NCBI GenBank assembly: GCA_030427255.1
Contig: JAUHWY010000005.1
Location: 23,776-87,775 of the forward strand
Direction: 5' to 3'
Source of the DNA: Bacteroidia bacterium
GTDB lineage: Bacteria > Bacteroidota > Bacteroidia > CAIKAF01
DNA: 64,000 nucleotides
The notes beneath the pieces were generated by a model. The model had not been told where the DNA came from. It searched no databases and saw only the letters and a program-made list of their open reading frames with translations. This document shows, one piece after another, positions 47,106 to 57,121 of the stretch (positions are counted from its first letter, which is position 1; the number at the start of each line of letters is the position of its first letter). A program made the translations under genes and the position numbers.

Positions 47106-48443
47106 TTACCAGCTTATTATCACTTCTCCATTTCCCTGACGATTGCCAGGGCTTACTTGTCCGTTACTTACGCCTCCAATATAGGCTGAGCCGCCACCGC
47201 CGCCGCCGCCGTTACCTTCGGAACTTCCTCCGGCACCGCCGTACCAGCCGCCTCCGCCTCCGCCGCCATCGCCATAGGAGCTGTGGTTGCCACCGTTTCC
47301 TCCTTGACCAAAGGTGCCGGCTGTCCCAGGGTTTGTGGCCCCGGTGGCAGGTTGACCGCCGCCGCTATTACCTCCTGCACTTCCACCACCCCCGCAAAAT
47401 CCGGGAGTAGTCCAACAGTTATGGCTTTGGCCGGGTCTGCCGCCACCCAAACTCCAAGCAGCATTTCCGGGGGTTCCTCCACAACAAGATCCGGAATTAG
47501 CACCACCGGCAGTTCCCTGGCCTCCTCCGTGTCCGCCATCTCCTCCATAGGAGTTTACGTCGTTGTAGGTGTCTCCACCACCGCCGCCGCCGCCGCCGGC
47601 CACAATAACTCTATCGTTTAAGCTTTGTCCCCCTTGACGTACATCAGAAGCGCCGCCGCCGTTTCCGGAATTGGAAGTACCGTTCCCTCCACCATTCCAC
47701 CCGTTTTGACCACCCACATAAACATGGAGGGTTTCTCCCGGAGTTACCGACAGGTCACCAATGGAAGTCCCTCCCGGACCTCCGACACCAAAGTCCTGTC
47801 CTACTCCGTTTGCTCCCTGGGCACCTCGGGCCGTTATTTGTATAGAAGTAACGCAAGCAGGCACAACAAAGCTTTGGGCGGCACCCGTAAAGCTAAAGGT
47901 TTGACTACCCGAGGGAGGACAGGCACTGACAACCAAAGACTGGCTGCTTGAATCGCTGCAACCTTGGGCGTCAGTAACCACTAGATGCACTTGATACGTT
48001 CCTGCTTGAGCATAGTTTGCAGTTGCATTTTGGCCCGATCCGGTAGCAGGTGTCCCCCCTTGAAAAGTCCATTGGTAGTTTTGCGCTCCGGAGGTGGCCG
48101 CAAAGCTTACCGTACTATTGATGCTTGCCGGAGATGGACTTATAGTAAAAGAAGGGTTTGGATAACTTTGGCAATTGCACTTTACGGCTCTCCAACCACC
48201 GGGAAAATACGTATCGACACAAGAAGAACTAAGATTATAAATTGTAAGTCCGGCTGTTGGATTCACAATAGCATCGCGTTGGGTTTGCGTCAATCTGGGA
48301 AGTAGCAAGCCTCCGTTGGTGCTTCGTACTTCGAGCATGGCATCAGGATTCGGTTGCCCCGGAGTATCACTGATTAACACGCCTTGAGCTAAGCCTAGAG
48401 CATAAAAATTAAACGCTAAAATCAGACAAAATAAAGACTTCAT
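47106..48443 (-). CDS. Exported PKD + glycine-rich domain protein
   Basis: Start trimmed to MKSLF (48443); same architecture as the neighbouring gene; ends GNGEVIISW. Confidence 0.85.
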   Translation of the reverse strand: MKSLFCLILAFNFYALGLAQGVLISDTPGQPNPDAMLEVRSTNGGLLLPRLTQTQRDAIVNPTAGLTIYNLSSSCVDTYFPGGWRAVKCNCQSYPNPSFTISPSPASINSTVSFAATSGAQNYQWTFQGGTPATGSGQNATANYAQAGTYQVHLVVTDAQGCSDSSSQSLVVSACPPSGSQTFSFTGAAQSFVVPACVTSIQITARGAQGANGVGQDFGVGGPGGTSIGDLSVTPGETLHVYVGGQNGWNGGGNGTSNSGNGGGASDVRQGGQSLNDRVIVAGGGGGGGGDTYNDVNSYGGDGGHGGGQGTAGGANSGSCCGGTPGNAAWSLGGGRPGQSHNCWTTPGFCGGGGSAGGNSGGGQPATGATNPGTAGTFGQGGNGGNHSSYGDGGGGGGGWYGGAGGSSEGNGGGGGGGSAYIGGVSNGQVSPGNRQGNGEVIISW

Positions 48444-48522
48444 GGGCTGTTGGTTTGGGAGCAAGTTACTGCAGAGCAAGACCAATGGCAAGAATAAATA
48501 TGAAAAATACCAAAGTTTTCTT

Positions 48523-48663
48523 CCGCCCCGGATGGCAGCGATACCCCGGCGCAGCGGTTTGGGTTGCCCTTGCAAAGCTTGCCGCGGCCCAGAGGGACCC
48601 GGCAAGCAATGCTAGGGCCCCAAACCGGAAGCCGTGTAAAGCGAACAGCCGGAATTGGCGGCC
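48523..48663 (+). repeat. Intergenic palindromic element (Flavo-1-like), copy G
   Basis: CCGGATGGCAGCGATACCCC...AAAGCGAACAGCCGG around a long hairpin. Confidence 0.6.
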
Positions 48664-48697
48664 AAAAACTTCCTTAACTTCGCTTTAAAATAATCAC

Positions 48698-50203
48698 ATG
48701 CGGTTTCTACCTCTTCTTTTTGTTCTTCTTTTTTCATTTTCTGCATTACACGCTCAGGGTGTTTTAATTAGCGACACGCCGGGTCAGGCGGACCCCTCTG
48801 CCGGGCTGGAAGCGCGTTTTTCGCAAAAGGGATTTTTAATGCCCAGGCTCACCACCGTTCAACGCAATGCCATAGCCAATCCTGCTATTGGTCTACAAAT
48901 TGTGAATTTAACCACCGAATGTGTGGAGGTGTATTTTTCAACAGGATGGACTCCTGTAGCTTGCGCCTGCACGGCCCCTCCCTCGATTCCCAGCTCCATT
49001 CAAGTGCCTACCGCTTGCCCCGGAGATACTCAGGTGGTGTTTCGCGTCAATCCCGTACCCGGAGCCGCTTCGTATCAATGGACAACTCCTCAAGGCCTGC
49101 AAATAGTGGCGGGTCAGGGCAGCGATACCTTAGTGGTGTCGGTATCGGGTAGTGGAGCGACAGGGCAAGTGCAAGTAAGTGCTCAAAACGGTTGCGGGAG
49201 TTCCTCCCCCTTAGCGGTAGCCTTTGCTTTTCAAGGCCCCGGAGCAGGTTTCGGACCTTTATCCGGCGCGATTGGAAATCCTGTGAATTTTAACGCCACC
49301 AGCAATACGGCCATTAGCTATCAGTGGCAATTTCAGAGCGGCACCCCGGCCAATTCCAACCTAGCCGGCCCTAGCGTATTATGGAGCAATACCGGCAACT
49401 ACCAAGTAATTCTTCAAACTACCGACGCCAATGGTTGCAGCTCCATAGACACCCAAAGCGTGAGCATTACCAATTGCCCTCCGGGCAGCCAGACCTTTAG
49501 CTTTACCGGAGGTATACAAAGCTTTACGGTTCCCAATTGTGTGGGCAGCATTACCATTCAAGCATCCGGGGCACAAGGTGGCGCAAATCAAAATGGAGAC
49601 GCGGGAGGCTTAGGTGCCATACTACAAGGAGACTTCATAGTTTCCGGAGGAGAGGTGCTTCAGGTTTTGGTAGGTGGCAAAGGCCAAGATGGAATTAGTC
49701 AATCGTATTTCAGGTCCGGAGGCGGTGGCGGCGGATCCTTTGTTTGGAGGCAAAATGGAAATCAGCTGCTGATTGCGGCAGGAGGTGGAGGTGGAAGAGA
49801 CGTAGGAGGGTCTACCGATCAAATAGATGCAAGCTCAGGCACTACAGGTCAGCCCGGGGCCTTTCCTTCGGCATCGGCAGGAAATGGCGGCACTGGGGGC
49901 AGCAGCTTTAATGGAAATGATGGCGGCGGAGGCGCTGGCTGGAACAGCAATGGCACCGGTACCGGCCCCGGAATACGGCCGCTAAGTGGAGGCCAAGGCG
50001 GCAGCAACAACCGCAATGGCGGTTTTGGCGGTGGCGGGGGCGCTACCAATGCAGGAGGCGGAGGAGGAGGCTACAGCGGTGGCAGTTGTGGACAAAACAG
50101 CTCCTTAAGCGCAGGCGGCGGCGGCTCCTTTAACGGAGGAACCAACCAACAAAATACAGGTGGACAGCACAGCGGAGATGGCCAAATCACCATCAGCTGG
50201 TAA
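48698..50203 (+). CDS. Exported Ig/PKD + glycine-rich domain protein
   Basis: Signal peptide; QGVLISDTPGQ; an extra Ig-like domain; ends GDGQITISW. Confidence 0.85.
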   Translation: MRFLPLLFVLLFSFSALHAQGVLISDTPGQADPSAGLEARFSQKGFLMPRLTTVQRNAIANPAIGLQIVNLTTECVEVYFSTGWTPVACACTAPPSIPSSIQVPTACPGDTQVVFRVNPVPGAASYQWTTPQGLQIVAGQGSDTLVVSVSGSGATGQVQVSAQNGCGSSSPLAVAFAFQGPGAGFGPLSGAIGNPVNFNATSNTAISYQWQFQSGTPANSNLAGPSVLWSNTGNYQVILQTTDANGCSSIDTQSVSITNCPPGSQTFSFTGGIQSFTVPNCVGSITIQASGAQGGANQNGDAGGLGAILQGDFIVSGGEVLQVLVGGKGQDGISQSYFRSGGGGGGSFVWRQNGNQLLIAAGGGGGRDVGGSTDQIDASSGTTGQPGAFPSASAGNGGTGGSSFNGNDGGGGAGWNSNGTGTGPGIRPLSGGQGGSNNRNGGFGGGGGATNAGGGGGGYSGGSCGQNSSLSAGGGGSFNGGTNQQNTGGQHSGDGQITISW

Positions 50204-51958
50204 TCAGGGACGTATAATTTTTGCCCTTCCCTGATCGGTTTCAATGATGTATACCCCGGGGGCTTCTCCTCCCATTTGAGGCAAAGAAGTTGCTGTATGG
50301 CCCACTTGAACTTGCTGACCCAGTAGGTTGTAAAGCGTCCATCTGCCGGACACACCGGGCAGCTGCAAGGCTCCGGAACAAGGATTGGGCATTGGAGTCC
50401 AATGGCTAGAAACGGAGCTTAGACCTAAGCTTGGAGGTGGAGTGGCCTCCGCATCTGAACAAACGGCTCCAAAGCCTTCGGCAAAACGCCAAGCTGCCGG
50501 AATGTCTAGCTCATCGAGTTCTTGTGGATAACCCTGACTTGGAAAACTTTGTTGGGGAGCCCAATAGGGCGGTGCTCCCGACAAATAGAGTGAGGCTTCA
50601 GGAATCTGCTCCGTTCCCGGCGGCGTACAGTTGCCTAGCACATTGTTTCCTTTAAAAGTATGGCCTTGGCCTTGAATGGACCATTGCCCATAAAACACAT
50701 TGCCATTGGTCACTTCATTGCCAATAAAATGCTGCTGGTCGGTCACCGGAGTTCCATTGGAAACAAAAACCCCAAAGCCGTTCACCCGATTCCTAAAAAA
50801 CACATTGTCGGGCCCACCGGGACCCCAGTAATGGTCCACCATAATCATTTCCACCTCGTTGGATTCAAACAAATTCGCAAAAGGATAATGCCCATGCACA
50901 CTAATGTCTGCGGAATAGTCGCTAATTGGCTCAGCACGAAGCACCTCCACCGAGTGGTTGTAGCCAAACACATTGCCGTTGGCACCGTATTTTACCATCA
51001 TGGCATGCCGCAGGCGTCTAAAGCGGTTGTTTTCTACCAAACAAAGGGTGGAATGGTTATTTATGGTTACTCCATATCCGCGCGTGCCCGAACCGGTAAA
51101 CTCATAGGCATCATGCAAATAACTGTGGCGAATGGTTAAATGAGTGCTTATATCGGCAATGATATGCGAACCAAGGCTCTTTTCGCTTTCCACGCCTTCT
51201 ACCAAACAGTCGGCGGCCATACTAAATCGAATATGGTAGCCGGTGGCAGAGCCGGGTTGATCCACACGCTCCAGCTTTAAGCATTGAATCCGAACCCCCG
51301 TGCGCATACGCAAGGGACGAGCCTCAGGCTGCAAACCGGAGTCGGGTGCGTAACGAAAGCCCTCTTCTAAAAACACGGTATCTCCGGACACTTGAACTAT
51401 CTTACTCACATGTCCTACGGCCTTTTGTGCCCAAGAGGCCGGATTAGAGTCCCATGCACCATTTTCTTGACGAATTTCGGCATACCTGCCGGGCCTAAAA
51501 CCGGTAGTATCGGCCACCAAAAACCAAGCTTGACGGGCCTGAGGCATGGCTGACAAAGGCCTGAAGTTGCCGGCTCCACTTCCTCCAATGGTCAAAAAAG
51601 ACTGCCCACCTCCCTGTGGATCAAACAACAATCGGCTTTGAGGGCCCTTCCCTTCCAAAATCAAACTGTCCGGAAAGCCTATGGAACCCTTGAAACGATA
51701 ATCTCCTGAATCAAGAACTATGCGTAAAGGTCTCCCCTCCAAACTATCCGGAATATTCGCCCAGGCCGTATCGTTAAACGTTTGGCCATCGCCAACGCCT
51801 CCTAAATCAGCAAAGCGAAGGGTAAGGGTGCCGGTTGTATCCCAAAGGCGCGCTCCCGCTAAGTTCCAGTCCCATTGGTGCAAAGGATTTAGGCTTTGTG
51901 CCTGCGCAAATGAACCAAGACTAAGGAGAGCAAGAAAACTGCAAAAGGGTTTAATCAT
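50204..51958 (-). CDS. T9SS-secreted pectin-lyase-fold (beta-helix) protein
   Basis: GGVGDGQTFND N-terminal motif; Asn-rich beta-helix turns (CLVENNRF, GANGNVFGYN); C-terminal PNP...LYNLLGQ...GVYII. Confidence 0.8.
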   Translation of the reverse strand: MIKPFCSFLALLSLGSFAQAQSLNPLHQWDWNLAGARLWDTTGTLTLRFADLGGVGDGQTFNDTAWANIPDSLEGRPLRIVLDSGDYRFKGSIGFPDSLILEGKGPQSRLLFDPQGGGQSFLTIGGSGAGNFRPLSAMPQARQAWFLVADTTGFRPGRYAEIRQENGAWDSNPASWAQKAVGHVSKIVQVSGDTVFLEEGFRYAPDSGLQPEARPLRMRTGVRIQCLKLERVDQPGSATGYHIRFSMAADCLVEGVESEKSLGSHIIADISTHLTIRHSYLHDAYEFTGSGTRGYGVTINNHSTLCLVENNRFRRLRHAMMVKYGANGNVFGYNHSVEVLRAEPISDYSADISVHGHYPFANLFESNEVEMIMVDHYWGPGGPDNVFFRNRVNGFGVFVSNGTPVTDQQHFIGNEVTNGNVFYGQWSIQGQGHTFKGNNVLGNCTPPGTEQIPEASLYLSGAPPYWAPQQSFPSQGYPQELDELDIPAAWRFAEGFGAVCSDAEATPPPSLGLSSVSSHWTPMPNPCSGALQLPGVSGRWTLYNLLGQQVQVGHTATSLPQMGGEAPGVYIIETDQGRAKIIRP

Positions 51959-52015
51959 GGCTAAAAATTAAAAAAAACAGGAAAATACGGTGGCATTTTT
52001 GCTTAATTTCCCCTC

Positions 52016-53065
52016 ATGAAACATCTTTTTCGGTGGATTTTCCGCTTAATTCTTCTAGTGCTGCTTCTTTTTGCAGGCTTTCTAGGCTATTTGAGCATAA
52101 CCGACTACCGCCCCGAAGCCCGAGAGGCCGCAACCGTCCAAGGCCAAAGCGCCGAACGAACTTTTGCCACCGGCGACACCCTAAGTCTGCTCATTTGGAA
52201 TATTGGCTACGCAGGCCTGGGTGCAGAAATGGACTTTTTCTTTGATGGGGGGAGCCGAGTACGCCCCGAAAAAGAAGAAAATAGCCGATACCTCCAGGGA
52301 ATCACAACCTTTTTAGCCCAACAGAGCTCCACCGACTTTGTGCTCCTCCAAGAAGTGGATAGGAATTCTAAACGCAGCTACCATACCGACCAAGTGGTGC
52401 CCATTAGTCAGGCTTTGCCCAAGCACAATTACAGCTTTGCCCTTAATTACAAAACAGCCTTTGTGCCTCAACCGCTTACCGAGCCCTACGGAAAAGTGGT
52501 AGGCGGCTTGCTCAGTTTGTCGCGCACCCAACCCGTTCAAAGCACACGCTACCGACTCAAAGCCGACGCCGATTGGCCAATGGGACTTTTTATGCTCGAT
52601 CGATGCTTCTTAACTCAGCGGTTCCCCATGGACTCCAGCAAAGAACTTGTGGTGGTTAACTTACACCTTTCCGCTTATGACGACGGCGGCGTAAAGCAAA
52701 ACCAAATGGACAGCCTAGCCGCCTTTCTGCACAAAGAAGAGGAACAAGGAAATGTGGTGCTTTTGGGTGGCGATTGGAACCAAATTGCACCCGACAAACC
52801 CCTACCTAAACCAATGGAAAATGCGCCGGTGACGGTACAACAGGCGCCCAAAGAATTCCCCAACGCCAACTGGCAGTGGGCTGTCCCCGAGCAAAGCACC
52901 AACCGCTGGCTGCTTGGGCCCTATCAGCAAGGAACAACCCAAGAAGCCTGCATCGATTATTTTTTGGTTTCACCGGGAGTTCGGGTGCTGCAAACCAAAC
53001 GCTTGAACTTGAACTTTGCCTATTCAGACCATGAACCGGTTTGGATGCAACTTATTCTTCCTTAG
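52016..53065 (+). CDS. Endonuclease/exonuclease/phosphatase family protein
   Basis: WNIGY, LLQEVD, NLHLSAYD, GGDWN, IDYF and SDHEP motifs; N-terminal membrane anchor. Confidence 0.92.
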   Translation: MKHLFRWIFRLILLVLLLFAGFLGYLSITDYRPEAREAATVQGQSAERTFATGDTLSLLIWNIGYAGLGAEMDFFFDGGSRVRPEKEENSRYLQGITTFLAQQSSTDFVLLQEVDRNSKRSYHTDQVVPISQALPKHNYSFALNYKTAFVPQPLTEPYGKVVGGLLSLSRTQPVQSTRYRLKADADWPMGLFMLDRCFLTQRFPMDSSKELVVVNLHLSAYDDGGVKQNQMDSLAAFLHKEEEQGNVVLLGGDWNQIAPDKPLPKPMENAPVTVQQAPKEFPNANWQWAVPEQSTNRWLLGPYQQGTTQEACIDYFLVSPGVRVLQTKRLNLNFAYSDHEPVWMQLILP

Positions 53066-53074
53066 GTTTTTTTG

Positions 53075-53220
53075 GGTGCCGGACGGGCTGCCCGCTTCTA
53101 GGCTGTTTGCAAAAAAACGTCGTGCTAAGGCTTGGTCAGGGCTTCCTCTGTCAGCCTGCCCAAGCCAAGCACGTCTGTTTTTTTGCTGCACAGCGCTAAC
53201 CGCTCGCATCCCTGGCACGG
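53075..53220 (-). repeat. Intergenic palindromic element (Flavo-1-like), divergent copy I
   Basis: Minus strand GCCAGGGATGCGAGCGG...AGAAGCGGGCAGCCCGTCCGGC around a long hairpin. Confidence 0.55.
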
Positions 53221-53252
53221 GATTACGTAAAGCTCCTTTTACCCTGCGTAGT

Positions 53253-56135
53253 TTACCCTTCTAAAGCTGCATATTCCTCAATAGGTAAGCAACTGCAAAT
53301 GAGGTTTCTGTCTCCGTAGGCATCGTCAACCCTGCTTACCGGAGGCCAAAACTTATTGTCCTCCACAAAACGAAGCGGATACGCTGCTTTTCTGCGGCTG
53401 TAAGGACGTGACCAATCTTCTTCGAGCAAAACCGCAGCGGTGTGAGGCGCATTCTTCACCACATTATTCCCCGGATCGCTCTGACCCAATTCAATTTCCC
53501 GAATTTCTTCCCGAATTTGAATCAAGGCGTCGCAAAAACGACCCATCTCTTCCATAGATTCGCTTTCGGTAGGCTCTATCATTAAGGTTCCTGCCACGGG
53601 AAAACTTACCGTTGGAGCATGGAAACCGTAGTCCATAAGCCGCTTGGCAATGTCTACTACCTCAATTCCCAGTTTTTTAAAGGCACGCATATCCAAAATA
53701 AACTCATGAGCAACCCTACCTTTATTGTTGGTATACAACACAGGGAAATGAGGTTCCAAACGAGCCTTCATAAAGTTGGCGTTCAGAATTGCGGTTTCGG
53801 TAGAACGCTTTAAACCATCCGGGCCCAACAAACGTATGTAGGCATAAGAAATAATCAGAATAAGCGGACTTCCCCATGGGGCTGCAGACACCGATGATAT
53901 TCCTTGTTGCCCGCCGGTTTCCTGATCGCCATGAACCGGCAAGAAGGGTGCCAAATGGGCTTTTACCCCAATGGGCCCCATGCCCGGACCGCCGCCTCCA
54001 TGTGGAATGGCGAAGGTTTTATGCAAATTCAAGTGGCACACATCCGCTCCAATGGCCGCCGGAGAAGTGAGGCCAACTTGTGCATTCATATTTGCTCCGT
54101 CCATGTAAACCTGTCCACCGAATTCATGTGCAATGGAGGTAATTTCAATTACCCGCTCCTCAAAAACTCCGTGGGTAGAAGGGTAGGTAATCATTAAGGC
54201 AGACAGGGCATCCTTATGTTTTTCGGCCTTGGCTCTTAGGTCGTCTACATCAATATTTCCTTGCTCATCGCAGGCAACCACAACCACTTTCATGCCGGCC
54301 ATCACCGCAGAAGCGGGGTTAGTTCCATGCGCCGAAGATGGAATAAGCGCAACATTCCGCTGAGGTTCTCCATTGGCCTGATGAAAGGCTCTGATGACCA
54401 TTAAACCGGTGTATTCGCCTTGTGCACCGCTATTGGGCATAAGAGAAACCGAGTCAAAACCGGTAATCTCGGCTAAATCACGGGCCAATTTGTCAATTAA
54501 AATACGGTACCCCGCCGAATGATGCTCAGGAGCAAAAGGATGAATGGCCTGAAATTCCGGCCAGCTCAGAGGAGCCAATTGGGTGGCAGCGTTCAACTTC
54601 ATGGTGCATGAACCCAAAGGAATCATGCTAAAGTTCAAGGCAATATCCTTTCTTTCCAATTGTTTTATATAACGCATCAGTTCGGTCTCCGACCGGTGGG
54701 TATGGAACACCGGATGCGTAAGGTATGAGGATTGTCTTTGCGCAAATTTGGGGATTCTAATTTGCGTGGCGGCAATGCTTTGCTCGGTAAAAACAGGAGC
54801 AGACTGCCTGGCGGCATCGGCAAAAGCACGAATTAGCTCATTTAAACTGTCTAAGCTGGTGGTTTCGTCAAAAGAAAGACCAATAGATCCGTCTTTATGT
54901 AAATACACATTGATGTCGCGTGCCCGAGCTTTCGCCAAAAACTCTTCCGTATGGTTGTTGGGTAGCACTTTAAGGGTATCAAAGAAATCACCTTCGGGGA
55001 GCGTATAACCCAGCTGCTCCAAAGCTGCGGCAGCCAAACAGGTTTTTTTATGCACGTCCATGGCTATTTCCTTCAACCCATCCGGACCATGGTAGACTGC
55101 GTACATAGAAGCCATAATGGCCAGCAATGCTTGGGCGGTGCAAATATTGGAGGTAGCTTTATCTCGGCGGATGTGCTGTTCTCTGGTTTGCAAAGCCATC
55201 CGAAGGGCCGGTTTATGATCGCGGTCTAAGGTTATACCAATAATTCTGCCGGGGACCTGTCTGGAAAAGTCCTTACGTGTAGCAAAAAATGCGGCATGTG
55301 GTCCACCAAAACCCATGGGCACACCAAAGCGCTGGGTACTGCCTACCACTACATCTGCGCCCCACTCACCGGGAGGAGTTAGAAGTGTAAGGGCCAAAAG
55401 GTCTGTGGCTACCGCTACTTTTAATTCCGCGGCATGGCATTGACTTACAAAGTCGGCCAAATGTCCAACGGTTCCGTTTTTGTCGGGGTATTGCAAGAGC
55501 ACACCAAAGAACCCCTCCTCTTTGGGGTCAAAGTTTGCAGGATTTCCTAAAACCAATTCAATACCTAAAGGCTCAGCTCGGGTAATAAGAACATCCAAGG
55601 TTTGTGCAAACACCGACTCTGCAACAAAGAAACGGTTACACTCTTCTTTAACTTGTTGCCGGCTCCTGAGGGCATGAAGCATGGTCATAGCTTCGGCAGC
55701 AGCCGTAGCCTCGTCGAGCAGCGAAGCGTTCGCCAAGTCCATACCGGTGAGTTCCATCACCATGGTTTGGAAGTTTAGAATGGCTTCCATGCGGCCCTGA
55801 GCTATTTCGGCCTGATAGGGCGTGTAGGCCGTATACCAGCCCGGGTTTTCAAATATATTGCGCAATATGGGAGTGGGCGTAAAGGTCCCATAATAGCCTT
55901 GTCCCATAAAATTGTGGGCCAATGTGTTTTTTGAGGCCAAATCCCAAATGTGTCTCAAAAAATCTTGTTCCGTCATGGCACGATCCAAGTCCAAAGGTTT
56001 AGGCAAGCGAATTGAGGACGGAACTACCTCATTTATAAGCTGCTCCATTGAATCTACACCAATGTACTCAAGCATGTTTTGTACTTCGGTCCGGTCGGGA
56101 CCCAGGTGTCGCTCAGCAAAATTTACGTGATGCAT
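53253..56135 (-). CDS. gcvP: Glycine dehydrogenase (glycine cleavage system P protein)
   Basis: YTPYQAEIAQGR, TSNICTAQ, PLGSCTMKLN and HLNLHKTF (PLP lysine). Confidence 0.98.
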   Translation of the reverse strand: MHHVNFAERHLGPDRTEVQNMLEYIGVDSMEQLINEVVPSSIRLPKPLDLDRAMTEQDFLRHIWDLASKNTLAHNFMGQGYYGTFTPTPILRNIFENPGWYTAYTPYQAEIAQGRMEAILNFQTMVMELTGMDLANASLLDEATAAAEAMTMLHALRSRQQVKEECNRFFVAESVFAQTLDVLITRAEPLGIELVLGNPANFDPKEEGFFGVLLQYPDKNGTVGHLADFVSQCHAAELKVAVATDLLALTLLTPPGEWGADVVVGSTQRFGVPMGFGGPHAAFFATRKDFSRQVPGRIIGITLDRDHKPALRMALQTREQHIRRDKATSNICTAQALLAIMASMYAVYHGPDGLKEIAMDVHKKTCLAAAALEQLGYTLPEGDFFDTLKVLPNNHTEEFLAKARARDINVYLHKDGSIGLSFDETTSLDSLNELIRAFADAARQSAPVFTEQSIAATQIRIPKFAQRQSSYLTHPVFHTHRSETELMRYIKQLERKDIALNFSMIPLGSCTMKLNAATQLAPLSWPEFQAIHPFAPEHHSAGYRILIDKLARDLAEITGFDSVSLMPNSGAQGEYTGLMVIRAFHQANGEPQRNVALIPSSAHGTNPASAVMAGMKVVVVACDEQGNIDVDDLRAKAEKHKDALSALMITYPSTHGVFEERVIEITSIAHEFGGQVYMDGANMNAQVGLTSPAAIGADVCHLNLHKTFAIPHGGGGPGMGPIGVKAHLAPFLPVHGDQETGGQQGISSVSAAPWGSPLILIISYAYIRLLGPDGLKRSTETAILNANFMKARLEPHFPVLYTNNKGRVAHEFILDMRAFKKLGIEVVDIAKRLMDYGFHAPTVSFPVAGTLMIEPTESESMEEMGRFCDALIQIREEIREIELGQSDPGNNVVKNAPHTAAVLLEEDWSRPYSRRKAAYPLRFVEDNKFWPPVSRVDDAYGDRNLICSCLPIEEYAALEG

Positions 56136-56234
56136 GTGAAAATCAAGGCTAAGAGGGTTTCTCAGTAAACGCAAAATTAAACATATTTGTTGGTGCCCTT
56201 TCAAGCTTTTGATCACATTATTTTTCTGCCTGCT

Positions 56235-57113
56235 ATGAAGTTGTTTTCTGCTGCTATTTCTGTTGTCCTGCTTGCTTTGTCAAGCCTGGCTTTTGGCCAA
56301 GACACCTTGCTGTTTATTAATGGAAAAGAAGTGCCTGCCATGGGGATTCGAACCGATACCGAACAAGATCGGTTGCTTTTTTTCCCCTTGCGGTCCAAAT
56401 CTAAGGTCATTGATACTGCCAAGTGGCAAGTTGTTGAAGGCTTTGGTTTATTAGACAAAGACCAGGTGATTCAGGGAGAACTGATTTCGGCCAACGATTC
56501 TTTGGTTCGCTTTCAAGCCAAGGGACAAGAAAACATCCAAAACTATCCAACAGGTCAAGTGCTTGCTGCTTGGGATACAGGACTTGCCTTACAAGGGGCA
56601 AAGCATCAAAGGGGACATATTCATTTCCCAAAGGGAGCAGGAGGGCAACCCTATCTGCAAAAAGCCAAACGCGAAAAAGACGTGTGGATTTTCAGAGTGT
56701 TTAGCTATTACCAAGGTCCGGAAGAAACGGTAATTTACCGCCAAGACACTGCATCCCGAGATTTTTTCCTTAGCGAAGCCGAAGCCCGGGCCTATATTTT
56801 CGGTCGTAGGTCTGCAAGAAGAAATTACGAGTCTGCCTTTTCTTACATTGGAGGGGGAATTGCCGGAGGTTCCGCTGCCGCCCTTAACTACTTTTGGGCT
56901 CCCGGCCCTGCACTTTTGTTCTTGGTGGTCAACACTTCTATTCCGGTAAAAAAAATCAAAACCGGACCGGAAGATGCCCCATTTAAAGACGACCCCTTGT
57001 TTGTAGACGGCTACAAAGTACAAGCCTCCAAACGAAAACTCCGTAATGGTCTTATTGTGGCTGTTCCGGCAGTTGTTGGAGGCATTTTGGTTAGATATTT
57101 CTTTATTCAATAA
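56235..57113 (+). CDS. Hypothetical protein with signal peptide and C-terminal membrane helices
   Basis: MKLFS...AFGQ leader; intact ORF at the head of the kynU operon. Confidence 0.75.
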   Translation: MKLFSAAISVVLLALSSLAFGQDTLLFINGKEVPAMGIRTDTEQDRLLFFPLRSKSKVIDTAKWQVVEGFGLLDKDQVIQGELISANDSLVRFQAKGQENIQNYPTGQVLAAWDTGLALQGAKHQRGHIHFPKGAGGQPYLQKAKREKDVWIFRVFSYYQGPEETVIYRQDTASRDFFLSEAEARAYIFGRRSARRNYESAFSYIGGGIAGGSAAALNYFWAPGPALLFLVVNTSIPVKKIKTGPEDAPFKDDPLFVDGYKVQASKRKLRNGLIVAVPAVVGGILVRYFFIQ

Positions 57114-57121
57114 CCCACATT

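Noticed and set aside
45818..50203. Diversity-generating retroelement or shufflon acting on the glycine-rich genes
   Set aside because: No reverse transcriptase or recombinase, and no near-identical template/variable repeat pair; the paralogues are anciently diverged.
56136..56234. Glycine riboswitch upstream of gcvP
   Set aside because: The intergenic space is only about 100 bp, is shared with a divergent gene and shows no aptamer-like motifs.
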